Source of the DNA: a virus
Reading direction: 5' to 3' (one strand)
IMG/VR virus record: IMGVR_UViG_3300031418_000005
Location: 160,001 to 224,000 of that record
Length of the DNA stretch: 64,000 nucleotides
The notes beneath the pieces are model-generated. The model ran no database searches and was not told the DNA's origin. It saw only the letters and a program-made list of their open reading frames with translations. Shown in pieces: positions 1-10,136 of the stretch. The position numbers and the translations under genes were made by a program. Every line of letters begins with the position of its first letter. Position 1 is the first letter of the stretch.

Positions 1-6
1 CAAGTT

Positions 7-294
7 TCATTGTACCGTCCTCGCTTTGCGGAGACAGGGTAGTGCCGCGGCTTCCAGGTCGTCAATCCAGAATGGAATCGCGCTCTCTCGTTCGGGTACG
101 CCGATTTGAATCACCTTACTGCTATGACTTGGTTCGAGCAGACGTGCATAATGCTCATTAACCTCATTGCAGAACGTTCTCAGATCGGGACGATTGGCCG
201 AGAAAGCATTACTGAATTGAGCGCTAAGTTGCTGGTCGACACCGGCCAGCCCCTGAGAAAGACGCTCGATAATATCTTTCTGATAACGCATCAT
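7..294 (-). CDS. hypothetical protein
   Basis: 95-aa ORF downstream of the recombinase, GAGG upstream. Confidence 0.6.
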   Translation of the reverse strand: MMRYQKDIIERLSQGLAGVDQQLSAQFSNAFSANRPDLRTFCNEVNEHYARLLEPSHSSKVIQIGVPERESAIPFWIDDLEAAALPCLRKARTVQ

Positions 295-337
295 CGTTCC
301 TCAATAATCAAAAAGGCGGGTTGCCCCGCCTTGGCCA

Positions 338-1822
338 TTATTTTTTCTTGGTCAGGAATTTAGGTTCGAGACCATCAACTGCCATTGCCAGCAGCGACAT
401 CGCCGTTAAGCAACGTTTGCCACCTTTGACTTCCTGGTCTTTGAACATCCAGTATTCAACCGTGTTGTCCAGAATTTCATTCCAGTCCCACTTCTCATCG
501 ATGAGCGTATACAGCTGCTCCGGTGTGATGTGGTACTTCATTTCCAGACGGTGGTAGTTGTTCTGCATGTACGCCAGTGCAGCGGTGATTTCCAACGCAC
601 GACGCAGACGGGGATTATCGTCACACATGTCACGTACAGTCGTACGCATGAACTTTGTCCCCGGCAGGAGATGCAGCTCATAGTTGGCACCTGAACGTGT
701 GTAACCCCATTCGTCTTTCAGCACTTCCGCCAGGTAATGCCACAGAGAGAGGTGGTACAGCAGACCCATCTCTTGTGAGAACACCATACGGAATTTAACA
801 CCGGTGTGACCGCCCTTCGCACGATACTGCGTGAAGACGATTTCTTTCAAATCGTTCACAGAGGCATTCATTGCCTTCGAGCGTGCGGTTGGATACTTCT
901 CTTCGTTTACACCGGTTTTGGCGTTGTAGCTACCGTCATGTTTCAGCTCACCTGATTTGGTTGCTACCAGCAGGGAGTTGGTCAGGAACGACAGCTGACG
1001 ACGAGGAATACCCGCGAATTTCAGATCATCACCCGCATCATCCAGCAGTTTGGCGTTTGCTGGTTTAGCACCACGCCCACCGCTTGACATGGCTTTACCG
1101 GAGTCATCAGCCAGCTGCGCTACAAAGCCCATGTAGAAACCACCACGGGCAAAGGCAGAGGGCCAACGGCTCATCATGTTGGATTTCTCCAGCGAGTCAC
1201 GCATGTTTAAGGCGTTCTGCTCAGAGTCACCAACTTCGGTTTCAGCGTGCTTGTCTTCAATCTTCGACGAGTGCCACTCAGACAAGGAGTCAATTGAGTA
1301 CAGCCACGGATCGAGGAGACGCTTGGCAGCGCGACGAACAGGATCGAGGAAAGGCGTCTCACGCGTCTTACCTTTCATGTACTCTTTGAAACGGTTTTCA
1401 ATTTCGTCACGAATGTAAGCGGAGTAATACTGCTCACCCGGCATGATGTCCGAACCGACCATGTTGTATTTACCTTCATGGATCAAATCCAGAACACTGC
1501 CACCTTCAATCCCGTTCGCTTTCGCGGCAGAGATAAATCCAGTTTCGAGTCGGTTCAGTGCAGCCGTGACTTCGGTGTCATACTTCGACCCCCAGGCCGC
1601 CGCGTAACGTTGCAGAATCATGAAAATACAAAAGTCCATCAGTGTGGACTTAAAGGTATTACCACGACCTGCGAAACCCATGATGTGGGCAAAACCACCG
1701 TTCAGGTAGTATAAACCATCTTCCCCCTTCTCGTAGTTACCGAGTGCGTGGTCCATGATGGTATAGACGTTAAAACGAGGGCGAATCACTTCACCCATGA
1801 CTTGTTTAGCTGGACCTGCCAT
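338..1822 (-). CDS. RecA/UvsX-like recombinase (phiKZ-type)
   Basis: Walker A GFAGRGNTFKST, YDTE motif, Walker B YSIDSLS; 494 aa. Confidence 0.75.
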   Translation of the reverse strand: MAGPAKQVMGEVIRPRFNVYTIMDHALGNYEKGEDGLYYLNGGFAHIMGFAGRGNTFKSTLMDFCIFMILQRYAAAWGSKYDTEVTAALNRLETGFISAAKANGIEGGSVLDLIHEGKYNMVGSDIMPGEQYYSAYIRDEIENRFKEYMKGKTRETPFLDPVRRAAKRLLDPWLYSIDSLSEWHSSKIEDKHAETEVGDSEQNALNMRDSLEKSNMMSRWPSAFARGGFYMGFVAQLADDSGKAMSSGGRGAKPANAKLLDDAGDDLKFAGIPRRQLSFLTNSLLVATKSGELKHDGSYNAKTGVNEEKYPTARSKAMNASVNDLKEIVFTQYRAKGGHTGVKFRMVFSQEMGLLYHLSLWHYLAEVLKDEWGYTRSGANYELHLLPGTKFMRTTVRDMCDDNPRLRRALEITAALAYMQNNYHRLEMKYHITPEQLYTLIDEKWDWNEILDNTVEYWMFKDQEVKGGKRCLTAMSLLAMAVDGLEPKFLTKKK

Positions 1823-1837
1823 TTAGCGCTCCGTCAA

Positions 1838-2137
1838 TTAGCGTTTTTTAGTCGAAAGAAGCAGACGACGTTTGTGCCAGACTTCAAAGTAAGTTTCTAC
1901 CCAGTCAGTCACTTCGTCCAAATCTTTTGGATTAGGGTTTTTGATATCGCGGAAACGGTTTTTGTTCCGGTCATCGATTTCGATTTCAACAACACGCTTA
2001 CCGGTCGGTAACGACGTGATGCTAAGGATTTTACCTACTGTGGTCGGCTGCTTGTTTTCATCCAGCTTAGCCGGAGTCAAGTAGATTTCCATGTCAACTT
2101 TGGTGCCGAGTTCACGAGTGAGTAATTTGATTTTCAT
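1838..2137 (-). CDS. hypothetical protein
   Basis: Likely start MKIKLL at 2137; the longer track ORF overlaps the + strand gene. Confidence 0.55.
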   Translation of the reverse strand: MKIKLLTRELGTKVDMEIYLTPAKLDENKQPTTVGKILSITSLPTGKRVVEIEIDDRNKNRFRDIKNPNPKDLDEVTDWVETYFEVWHKRRLLLSTKKR

Positions 2138-2236
2138 CGAGTTGTTACCTTTTAGGTTGGCTCGTTCATAAGGTTTGGGTAATACGTAAAAAGACTTAGT
2201 ATGTAGCCCAATCCCCTTATTTCCGAGGTTAAGAGT

Positions 2237-2992
2237 ATGAATGCTAATCCACTTGCAGCGTTGTCGGGCTTTGTTGCCAAAGCCGCAGCGATTCTGCCGA
2301 AAGGCTTTACCGGCCCCCAACAGGAACTGGCGCTGACCACGTATGATGACATGTCTGATGTCTCCAAGTGGATGCAGCAAGAGAAGTTCCTGAACTTTAC
2401 CGGGATGCTGGTACCTGTGCCGCCAGGCTTCAATACGTACGTTATGGATCATATTGAAAGGCTGGAGTCGGTCTGGGATACGCTGCAGAAAATCCACGAA
2501 GGCGTCCTGCAACCCATCGACAAACAATTATCGGCCCTTACACACGAAGTGGGTATGCTGTCTTTGCCTGTGGGCTTCCGTTATAAAGACGTGAAGTTCC
2601 AGTTAAAGAACATCAACCCTAAAGACCTGGTCGACAAGTTGGCGAAGTCTTACACCAACAACGTTATCGACCAACGTCCTATCGAGCGTACATATCACAG
2701 TGCGGGCGAAATCGACGTGGCCTTTAATCGTGCAAAAGCGCTGAACCTGGAGCTGACCAAAAAGCTGCGGGCAAACGTTGACCGCACTATTGAATCTATC
2801 CATGCGTCCGTGGATGTGATTGTCGATGCCACGGTTCACCCGAACGTTGCCAAAGAGTTGACCCAGATGGTTGACTGTGGCAGTGACTGGGTAGAACTGT
2901 TCGGTCTGTTCATGAAGCAGGTTAACGAACTGGTTGAATGTTTGAACATCACCGGTGAGCGCCTGAAAGAGCTCAAATCGAACAAAAAATAA
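2237..2992 (+). CDS. conserved phage protein, possibly virion-associated
   Basis: 251 aa, GAGG RBS, TAGTATG motif upstream, ends at a bidirectional terminator. Confidence 0.6.
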   Translation: MNANPLAALSGFVAKAAAILPKGFTGPQQELALTTYDDMSDVSKWMQQEKFLNFTGMLVPVPPGFNTYVMDHIERLESVWDTLQKIHEGVLQPIDKQLSALTHEVGMLSLPVGFRYKDVKFQLKNINPKDLVDKLAKSYTNNVIDQRPIERTYHSAGEIDVAFNRAKALNLELTKKLRANVDRTIESIHASVDVIVDATVHPNVAKELTQMVDCGSDWVELFGLFMKQVNELVECLNITGERLKELKSNKK

Positions 2993-3008
2993 ACAAAAAA
3001 AGAAAGCA

Positions 3009-3035
3009 GTACCCACTCCTCACGGGAGTGGGTAC
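3009..3035. terminator. bidirectional intrinsic terminator
   Basis: GTACCCACTCC/GGAGTGGGTAC stem between convergent genes, flanked by A- and T-tracts. Confidence 0.75.
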
Positions 3036-3042
3036 ACTTTAT

Positions 3043-3969
3043 TTAAACCGCAACGAAACCCCGGACAAAGGTTGGCGGTATCCACTTTACGATTTTCTTA
3101 CGTTCACTGTTACGCGGCCCTGTCCAGAATGATTGCCAGTGTGCCACGCGCATGTGAGCCTTACGACTGCTCACACGTAAACCCTCTGTGCTGGTACCGT
3201 ACTCGCGGAGGTAGTTCTCCTGTTCCTTTAACGTCGAGACAACAACAGGCTTAGAGCGCGGCTGAATATGGTAGTTGGTAACGGTTTTCTTTTTCTTGCT
3301 TTTGGTGTACACCTGAGGTGCAGGATGGTGAGGGATAAGCGAGCACATAAAGAGCCCGGCAGTCAGGAAGCGAAGCACTCCCTCGGTAAGTTCACCATAG
3401 ACAGGACCGAAAGACACAAAACCATTTCCAGCATCTATGATTTCCACCACTTCAATCTTCATGGTATCATCACGCGATGCCAGGAACATGCTCAGCACTA
3501 AACAATCTTTTCCCTTTACCCGCCGACGAGAAAGAAATTGACTCATCTGTTCTTTTGTTTCGTCTTGGCGAATAAACGTGATGGGGTATTCCACTGTCCA
3601 ACCCGGTAGTTTGTCTATCCAGTCACGCGGCAACTCCGTGAGTGGCTCACCGTTTAACACTTGTTCAAACATAAAGGAATCGCCAACCAACTGCACGCCG
3701 CCGTAGCGGTAACCAAATGCAATGGATGCAATCATATCAGAACCGTATTGCTCGCCTTTATTCAGTGAAATAAAGTGTTCAGGTGGAATAAACCATTGGT
3801 CTACTACGCCGTCGTGCGCAACCACGTACTCTTCAACCGGATTAACCGGCTCAGTACGTTCGCGAATCTTACACAGCGTGGTGAGAAAACCACCCGGCGT
3901 TTCTGCATCGGCACGGTTAATTCCCAGTGACTTTAAATAAGCATCTTCACGTTCTTTAGATATAGGCAT
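3043..3969 (-). CDS. hypothetical phage protein
   Basis: 308 aa, basic C-terminal HMRVAHW..WIPP motif, TAAGG RBS. Confidence 0.7.
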   Translation of the reverse strand: MPISKEREDAYLKSLGINRADAETPGGFLTTLCKIRERTEPVNPVEEYVVAHDGVVDQWFIPPEHFISLNKGEQYGSDMIASIAFGYRYGGVQLVGDSFMFEQVLNGEPLTELPRDWIDKLPGWTVEYPITFIRQDETKEQMSQFLSRRRVKGKDCLVLSMFLASRDDTMKIEVVEIIDAGNGFVSFGPVYGELTEGVLRFLTAGLFMCSLIPHHPAPQVYTKSKKKKTVTNYHIQPRSKPVVVSTLKEQENYLREYGTSTEGLRVSSRKAHMRVAHWQSFWTGPRNSERKKIVKWIPPTFVRGFVAV

Positions 3970-4010
3970 CCCGTTATCCTTAAGGCAATTGTCGACGAAC
4001 TAAAATAAAA

Positions 4011-4034
4011 TACCCACCCCTCAGGGAGTGGGTA
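4011..4034 (-). terminator. intrinsic terminator
   Basis: TACCCAC/GTGGGTA stem with U-tract on the minus strand. Confidence 0.6.
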
Positions 4035-4040
4035 CGCTCA

Positions 4041-4535
4041 CTATTTTTTCACCCGAACGATGGCAGCTTTCAGCGCCTCTTGTATCTCGGTTTTGATGAT
4101 ACGGATTAACTCTTCACGGAACTCATCAAGCTCCTGATAAAGCAAATCCGTTACCTCTTCATCAAACAACAGATACTCGAGCTCCTGATGCTCATCCAAC
4201 TGAACAATTTCCCGCACTGCATCAGACAAGGCCATATTGGTCAGGCGTTCTACCGGGTCATCGTCTTTATGGTCAGGTTGTTCAGTATTGATGCAAAGCA
4301 ACTGTGATGCCATCAACGTGTTAAACGCCCCGAAGGCTTTGTACAGAATCGACGATAAGTGCGACTCGTATGCCTTCGATTTGTAATACTCCACGTTCTC
4401 ACGTACACGTTCGTTGTGGTGATGGGCAACCAGTGTGCGATGGTGCGCCAGGGTGCGTTCTAAGATACCCTCATACCCCAGCGCAAAACCATCGTAGACC
4501 GTGGTCGTGTTGAAGTCTACGTAAATACGCATCAC
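4041..4535 (-). CDS. hypothetical protein
   Basis: 164 aa, coupled to upstream ORF by overlap. Confidence 0.7.
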   Translation of the reverse strand: MMRIYVDFNTTTVYDGFALGYEGILERTLAHHRTLVAHHHNERVRENVEYYKSKAYESHLSSILYKAFGAFNTLMASQLLCINTEQPDHKDDDPVERLTNMALSDAVREIVQLDEHQELEYLLFDEEVTDLLYQELDEFREELIRIIKTEIQEALKAAIVRVKK

Positions 4536-5050
4536 TTCTTCTCGATATGGATGACCAGCGTGTTAATGGTTTCCGTGATGCTTTTCCACACCTCTTCTTC
4601 CAACTCACGCAGTGTGTTAGTAACTGCGCTGATATAAGCAGGATAGAACTCATCCCACTTAAAGGTGCGCAAGGCTTCCACCGAACGGTCTTCGCTGTGC
4701 TGCTCGTTGAGCCATTTCTCACGCGCAGCTTTGTCGTTGAAATGCTTACCGATTTCGTCGATAACTTCATCGACTTTCAGTTCCATAGTGAAGCGACTGA
4801 TATTCTTCTCCATGTTCCCATCGGTTAAGTCACTGCTGTCGTACTCAAACGTCCCGATAGTACGAGAGAGTTCGCCCACGCGCCAGTACAGCTCACCGAG
4901 CACCGTGTTGGTGATGGTCATGCTGTAATAGACCAGTTCCGGGTCCATATGGGCTTTGACCAGCTCATGCGTCTGGTCACGCAGGCCGTTCATTGCCTTC
5001 GGCCAAATCTCGCGCAGTTTATCGTCCGTGAGGTTAAAGTAAATTTTCAT
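4532..5050 (-). CDS. hypothetical protein
   Basis: 172 aa, 4-nt overlaps with neighbours. Confidence 0.7.
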   Translation of the reverse strand: MKIYFNLTDDKLREIWPKAMNGLRDQTHELVKAHMDPELVYYSMTITNTVLGELYWRVGELSRTIGTFEYDSSDLTDGNMEKNISRFTMELKVDEVIDEIGKHFNDKAAREKWLNEQHSEDRSVEALRTFKWDEFYPAYISAVTNTLRELEEEVWKSITETINTLVIHIEKK

Positions 5051-5586
5051 TGTGCGACCTTCCCATATTTTTCGCCGAGGTAGGCAATCTCTTGCCGACA
5101 GATATCCAACACCGCGACTTGCGCATCGCGATAGATTTTCGAGACGCGCGCCAGGCGCTGCTCATCCAGCACATCCTTCCAGCCGATGGTGTCGGTGATC
5201 TGAACATCGCCACCCTTCTCTACCAACGCCACGTAGAGTTCGGTAAAGTCCTCTACTTTGACATTTTCCGTTGACGACACCGCCTGACGAAATGCCTCAT
5301 CAAGTAACAACGAAAAGTCTTTATCCACGTTGGTGATTTCAAACGTGTGCGGATGGCTAAGGAGGTTTTTGAGTTGCGCACCCATTTGCATCACGGCCAT
5401 GTTAACCATGGCCTGATAATCAAGGATAACAACCTCTTTTCCTTCCCGCTCGTCGGAGAGTTTACTGGCGTATGCCTCGAAAGCATCAACCAGCTCGAAC
5501 TCCACGGCGTTCTTCATTTTCGTTAAAACTTCATCCAGATACTGCCTGGATTCAGTTAAAGCGAAGTCGATGATTAAACGCATCAC
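5047..5586 (-). CDS. hypothetical protein
   Basis: 179 aa, TAAGGAG RBS. Confidence 0.7.
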   Translation of the reverse strand: MMRLIIDFALTESRQYLDEVLTKMKNAVEFELVDAFEAYASKLSDEREGKEVVILDYQAMVNMAVMQMGAQLKNLLSHPHTFEITNVDKDFSLLLDEAFRQAVSSTENVKVEDFTELYVALVEKGGDVQITDTIGWKDVLDEQRLARVSKIYRDAQVAVLDICRQEIAYLGEKYGKVAQ

Positions 5587-6035
5587 ATACTCCTTAAGGC
5601 AAGATTATCAATTACATCATCAACAGGTTGACGAAGGCGATAAGAACACCGCACCAGGTCAACGGCATTGTACACCAACCCAATACCATGATGCCCGGTT
5701 GACATCAGCTCCTGCATCATGGTGTTTGGAAGATCAGGTTTCATCTTCATAACGGTCCGCATGATTGCGACCGCTGCGGCCCAGTGTTCGTTTTTGGTAA
5801 CTAACTTATACTGCTCACGCAGATTGGCCAGTACCCGTTCATAGTCTTTCGGTTCAAGTTCAGTACCATCGTGAAGACGGCTGATGGCGATAAGACTATT
5901 GTTAATCAGCATCTCCGCCACTAACAGGTAGACCGGCCCCTTCTTTGATTCCGTCGGTAGCCCCTCTGGCTGTGCGTGCGCAAACACCTCCTGCAGCTCC
6001 AGCAATGCTTGACTGTATACCGTCATCATAGCCAA
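5583..6035 (-). CDS. hypothetical protein (start uncertain)
   Basis: ORF in operon; 5' end overlaps the upstream ORF. Confidence 0.55.
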   Translation of the reverse strand: MAMMTVYSQALLELQEVFAHAQPEGLPTESKKGPVYLLVAEMLINNSLIAISRLHDGTELEPKDYERVLANLREQYKLVTKNEHWAAAVAIMRTVMKMKPDLPNTMMQELMSTGHHGIGLVYNAVDLVRCSYRLRQPVDDVIDNLALRSM

Positions 6036-6708
6036 TATTCCTGATCATCTGTTGCACAATGGTTGAGCGGTCAAGAATGGTGACGCCTTTGTGGCAGACC
6101 ACATCCAGTATCGGCTCCCAGAACACACCGCGTACCAACCAGATGTAATCCTCGGTTGGGTACTTAGCAATCAATTCTGGCCATTCCGCATCTTCGGGGT
6201 GGAGATACAACTCAACAACCGCGTCACCGTACTCCTCTTCATCACCACCGAACCACAGATTGTGGGCCAGCAGGTCTCCGTAAGAGGCCACCGTGACCGG
6301 GCTGTTTAATGACGCCGCAATTTCCTGCGTTGCCCAGAGCCAGTTCTCACCCATTTGGTACATCCGGTTATGGATGCGTAATGCGCGAGGATCTGAATCA
6401 TCGAACAACATTTTCATGATGATGCGTTCAGCTTCGGTAGTGTCGCGTTTGAACCACGACTCCTCTTCCTCAGAGACCACCCACCACACGTCAAACATAC
6501 GGTCACGCTTGATACCGTATTCCCATTTGTCAAAATCGTGACACAGCAGACGCAACATCTGTTCAAAGAAACACGAATGGTCCCAGCGCAGTTCACTGAT
6601 GACCTTCGCCATGACGAGGTACGCTATCTTCGCCGCTTTCTTGTTTGTTGTCTGATGTTGAAACCAGTCGTCCAACATCAGCAACGCGTACATCTTAACC
6701 CGCTTCAA
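5902..6708 (-). CDS. hypothetical protein
   Basis: 268-aa ORF in operon. Confidence 0.65.
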   Translation of the reverse strand: MKRVKMYALLMLDDWFQHQTTNKKAAKIAYLVMAKVISELRWDHSCFFEQMLRLLCHDFDKWEYGIKRDRMFDVWWVVSEEEESWFKRDTTEAERIIMKMLFDDSDPRALRIHNRMYQMGENWLWATQEIAASLNSPVTVASYGDLLAHNLWFGGDEEEYGDAVVELYLHPEDAEWPELIAKYPTEDYIWLVRGVFWEPILDVVCHKGVTILDRSTIVQQMIRNIGYDDGIQSSIAGAAGGVCARTARGATDGIKEGAGLPVSGGDAD

Positions 6709-7082
6709 ATCGGGAAGACCTTTCGAGGGAGTTCGGTCACAGCGCGGAACTTCGCGATGATAACATTCTCACCAAAATACGGCGAGTTCTCTTCTTCGAA
6801 GCCCACGAGGACAACCACGTCTGCTTCATTGGAGAATGCGCAGTAGCTGTCCGATTGAGTGGTCTTCACCTGAACCAGCTTGCCATTGTCGACTGCTACC
6901 TGCCGCAAGGTACGTCCCATGTCTTTGATGGCCATTTGGCCGTCGGTGTCTAACACCGCCCAGCGTAAATCGGTAATACGTCCCTGCAACCACTCCTGCT
7001 TAAGCTCCGGATGGATGATGTAGAGTACCATGCCCGCGTCCAGGTTGTTTTCAATCAGTTCTTTCATTTCGGCGTGAATCAT
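6705..7082 (-). CDS. hypothetical protein
   Basis: 125 aa, AGGAG RBS. Confidence 0.65.
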   Translation of the reverse strand: MIHAEMKELIENNLDAGMVLYIIHPELKQEWLQGRITDLRWAVLDTDGQMAIKDMGRTLRQVAVDNGKLVQVKTTQSDSYCAFSNEADVVVLVGFEEENSPYFGENVIIAKFRAVTELPRKVFPI

Positions 7083-7098
7083 AAATGCTCCTAAAGGT

Positions 7099-7833
7099 TT
7101 AAAAGTTAATGGTGGTACCGACTAAATCATTCAGACGACACATAGTGGTCATCTGCCCAACTGGAATCTGGGTCGCCCCGTCTTCCAAATACATCTTCCC
7201 GTTTGACAAGAAGAACTCCCAGGAGTGCACATCCATTTTCTGGTAGAACGTGTCTCCGGCTTGTCCCTGCCACGGCCCGTAATGCACCGCTTCGTAATCA
7301 CCTTCCTGAATCCCGATAGCGATACTGTTTGACGACCACAGTTTGGACTCCGTGGTGTAAAACTCGTACCAGTAACCGAGCAAATGGTGTGTGTTCATGA
7401 TAATGCGCAGTTCCTGATACACACCATCAAAAGCACCCGAGATTTGGTTTACCATGTCCAGGTTCATCAGCCAGTTGGAGTAACGCTCAACCCAAACGTA
7501 GATGGCTGACTCCACTTCTTCATCCGTGAAACCGTATTCCTGCCCAATTCCCTCTGCTTCGTACGCATCATAGTGAATCCCTAAATCCACCTCGACGTGG
7601 TGATACATCGGTTGTCGGCCCAGGTTCACCGAGTCGAACAGTTCCCGCAACATCGCTGCGTAGACAGAAATGGCAACGCTCTGCCCAACGTAGAAGAACT
7701 CGTTTTGCAGCAATCCCCAGTTCATGTTCTCAGCGAGTTCGTCGCGAAAGTAGTGAGGCCAAAATTTATAGAAAAACCCCTCGAATAACGAGGGGTTGAT
7801 TTTCTGCAATTGTGGCACCTGTACCTTTAGCAT
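7099..7833 (-). CDS. hypothetical protein
   Basis: 244 aa, TAAGGAG RBS. Confidence 0.7.
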   Translation of the reverse strand: MLKVQVPQLQKINPSLFEGFFYKFWPHYFRDELAENMNWGLLQNEFFYVGQSVAISVYAAMLRELFDSVNLGRQPMYHHVEVDLGIHYDAYEAEGIGQEYGFTDEEVESAIYVWVERYSNWLMNLDMVNQISGAFDGVYQELRIIMNTHHLLGYWYEFYTTESKLWSSNSIAIGIQEGDYEAVHYGPWQGQAGDTFYQKMDVHSWEFFLSNGKMYLEDGATQIPVGQMTTMCRLNDLVGTTINF

Positions 7834-7873
7834 TACATACTCCTTAAGGTGGTGCAGTTCGTACAGATAATAT

Positions 7874-8608
7874 CTATTTGAAAGTTTTTCGAAGGGCTTC
7901 CTCGGTTAACACCCAGTATTCAATGAAGTGGTCATCGTCCGAGTGTAAATCATCCGGGTCTAGCAGATACCCAGACATGTCATCGGTCAATATCCACGCA
8001 TCGCCCTGTTTGTAAAAGCCCATCGGGTTGGTTGCCACTGCTTCAACCAGACCACTGTACGTATCCGCCTCGGTGACGAAGTTCAACTGCTGTGGGCTGG
8101 TGATAACGTATAACGGGCAGATTGATCCGCCTTTCAGCGACTCATGGAATTGCTGGCGATCGTACCAGATAACCTGCGGGTTATTATCCCAGTCGTTACC
8201 GATAGAACACAGCTCCGACCAAAAACGGGTGAGATACCAGTTCAACGCACCCGTGATTAACACATCTGGTTTAAGCATCCGGACATGTTCATCATACAGC
8301 TCCTCCATTGTCCAGATACGACATGCCTGACGGTCGATGGTCGGGAGTGGCGGTATTTGCGGCGGAACCGTTTTAGGAATGGGTTCATCGCAGCGAGCGT
8401 TGTAACGCGCAATCGTATCCGTGACCAATTCAGCGACAACGTCGCGAGCAGCCTCAGCACCCACCACTTCCAGTTTGTCCCAGTCCCGTTCCAGCGTATC
8501 GTCCATCAGTCGTAGATGTGATAACCAGGACTGCCAACCGTATTGCTCCACACACTTAATCAAACTCTGTGCGTGGAGCGTGAGTGACTCACTCACGACT
8601 CGCTTCAT
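7874..8608 (-). CDS. hypothetical protein
   Basis: 244 aa, GAGG RBS. Confidence 0.7.
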   Translation of the reverse strand: MKRVVSESLTLHAQSLIKCVEQYGWQSWLSHLRLMDDTLERDWDKLEVVGAEAARDVVAELVTDTIARYNARCDEPIPKTVPPQIPPLPTIDRQACRIWTMEELYDEHVRMLKPDVLITGALNWYLTRFWSELCSIGNDWDNNPQVIWYDRQQFHESLKGGSICPLYVITSPQQLNFVTEADTYSGLVEAVATNPMGFYKQGDAWILTDDMSGYLLDPDDLHSDDDHFIEYWVLTEEALRKTFK

Positions 8609-8609
8609 G

Positions 8610-10121
8610 TTATACCTCTTTGTCGTTCAGGATACGTTTGTTCGCGTAGTAAGCACACCATAGACCGTGGTACTCTTTACCGATGTACACAATGGCATAC
8701 TCGATGTAACGCTCTTGTGGCCGTGTTACTGCAACGTAGAAACGTCCCTCGGGTTCTTTGATACGGTTAAGTTCCGTACGCGACGGAATGTCGATGGAGC
8801 GCGTCAGGATAACCGGTATCTCGACTTTCCCATCCGGAATCTTCAACTTCACATCGAAGCTACGGTCAACGGAACGATAGAAGTCTTTGCGAGGCTTTCC
8901 GTTCTCGTCATACAGCATATCGGTAATGTCGTTTAACACTACCCGCGGTTTGCCCAGCAAAGTGTCGTTTAACCACGCTGCCAACTCATCGCGAATCTTT
9001 AATGCACGATACGACAGCAATGGCGGGCGCAGCATACGCGAGATAGCCAGGTCGTCGTAGAACCAGACGTTCTTATCTTCGCTAAACCGCATTTCCGAAA
9101 CCGGAATACCGTCTTTCGCCGCCTCGGCAAACTTCTTACGCTTGACAAACTCGTTGTTCAGAATGGCCACCGGCTGATAACGACGACTGCGCGGCACTTC
9201 ATCCCACGCCTGCTGGTTATGCGTGTTCACGAGCGTATACACATTGTCCCATGGGGTCTTAGTGAACAACACGGCAAAGTGTGCATCCGGGATCATCTTC
9301 CCGATAAACACCAAATCGTCCTTGTTCTTTGCGTGGTTGCCACCGAACATGTAATGGAACGTTTCACCATTAATCTCAGCAGTAGGCGGGATTTCTTCCA
9401 CAACCGGATAGCAGTATTTCATGGTGCACACGGGTGAGTATGCCGCCATGTCATTACCCGCACCTATGATTTCCGGTTCGGCACTCGCCGGGAGTTCGTC
9501 TTGTGACCAGTAGGCTTGGTACAAAACCCCTTCACCGGTTGCAGAGATAGCTGAGCCTTTACGCGCCATCTCATCAGCACGTTCGTTACCATATCGTCCA
9601 GAGTGACCTTTGATTTTGATAACCTTAACACCCCGACCTTCCTTTTTCAGGCGTTGCTTGACATCCCAGACACGCTGAATCAATTCGGCATTCGCGATAG
9701 GGGTACCGTCTGCTTTACGCCAGCCGTTCTTTGCCCAACCGTCAATCCATTGGTTAAAGGTGTTGACCACGTAGGAGGCGTCAACAAAGATGACATAGTT
9801 GCGTGCCTGAAACGGCGCACTTTCAAACAAAGTCAAGAACGCAATTAACTCACCCACGTCAGAATAGAATTCTTTCGGCACAGGCACAACAGCGTCGACG
9901 AACTGTACATCCTCAGGCACGTCAGGAAGTTTGGTATCCTTCGTGACCTGCTTGTAACCTCCTGTTGTAATCGCTTCCGAAATACTGGGATGGCGGTAGC
10001 CCACTTCTGCTTCCATCATCCCATGGTTGAACAGGTAACCGTGAATACCTGCCCCGGTACCAAGCGGGGCAGTTGTGTGGCTACCGTCTGTGTAGATAAC
10101 AGCTACGTCGACGTCTCTCAT
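8610..10121 (-). CDS. ribonuclease HI with long C-terminal extension
   Basis: IYTDGS, GEL, VDASYV, W..NGW...G.PIANAEL, KGHSG..GNERADEMA motifs. Confidence 0.9.
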   Translation of the reverse strand: MRDVDVAVIYTDGSHTTAPLGTGAGIHGYLFNHGMMEAEVGYRHPSISEAITTGGYKQVTKDTKLPDVPEDVQFVDAVVPVPKEFYSDVGELIAFLTLFESAPFQARNYVIFVDASYVVNTFNQWIDGWAKNGWRKADGTPIANAELIQRVWDVKQRLKKEGRGVKVIKIKGHSGRYGNERADEMARKGSAISATGEGVLYQAYWSQDELPASAEPEIIGAGNDMAAYSPVCTMKYCYPVVEEIPPTAEINGETFHYMFGGNHAKNKDDLVFIGKMIPDAHFAVLFTKTPWDNVYTLVNTHNQQAWDEVPRSRRYQPVAILNNEFVKRKKFAEAAKDGIPVSEMRFSEDKNVWFYDDLAISRMLRPPLLSYRALKIRDELAAWLNDTLLGKPRVVLNDITDMLYDENGKPRKDFYRSVDRSFDVKLKIPDGKVEIPVILTRSIDIPSRTELNRIKEPEGRFYVAVTRPQERYIEYAIVYIGKEYHGLWCAYYANKRILNDKEV

Positions 10122-10136
10122 TGTTATTCTCTTAGC

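Noticed and set aside
5902-6035. 134-nt overlap of two minus-strand ORFs as a frameshift site
   Set aside because: Could simply reflect a later start for the downstream gene; no slippery site identified.
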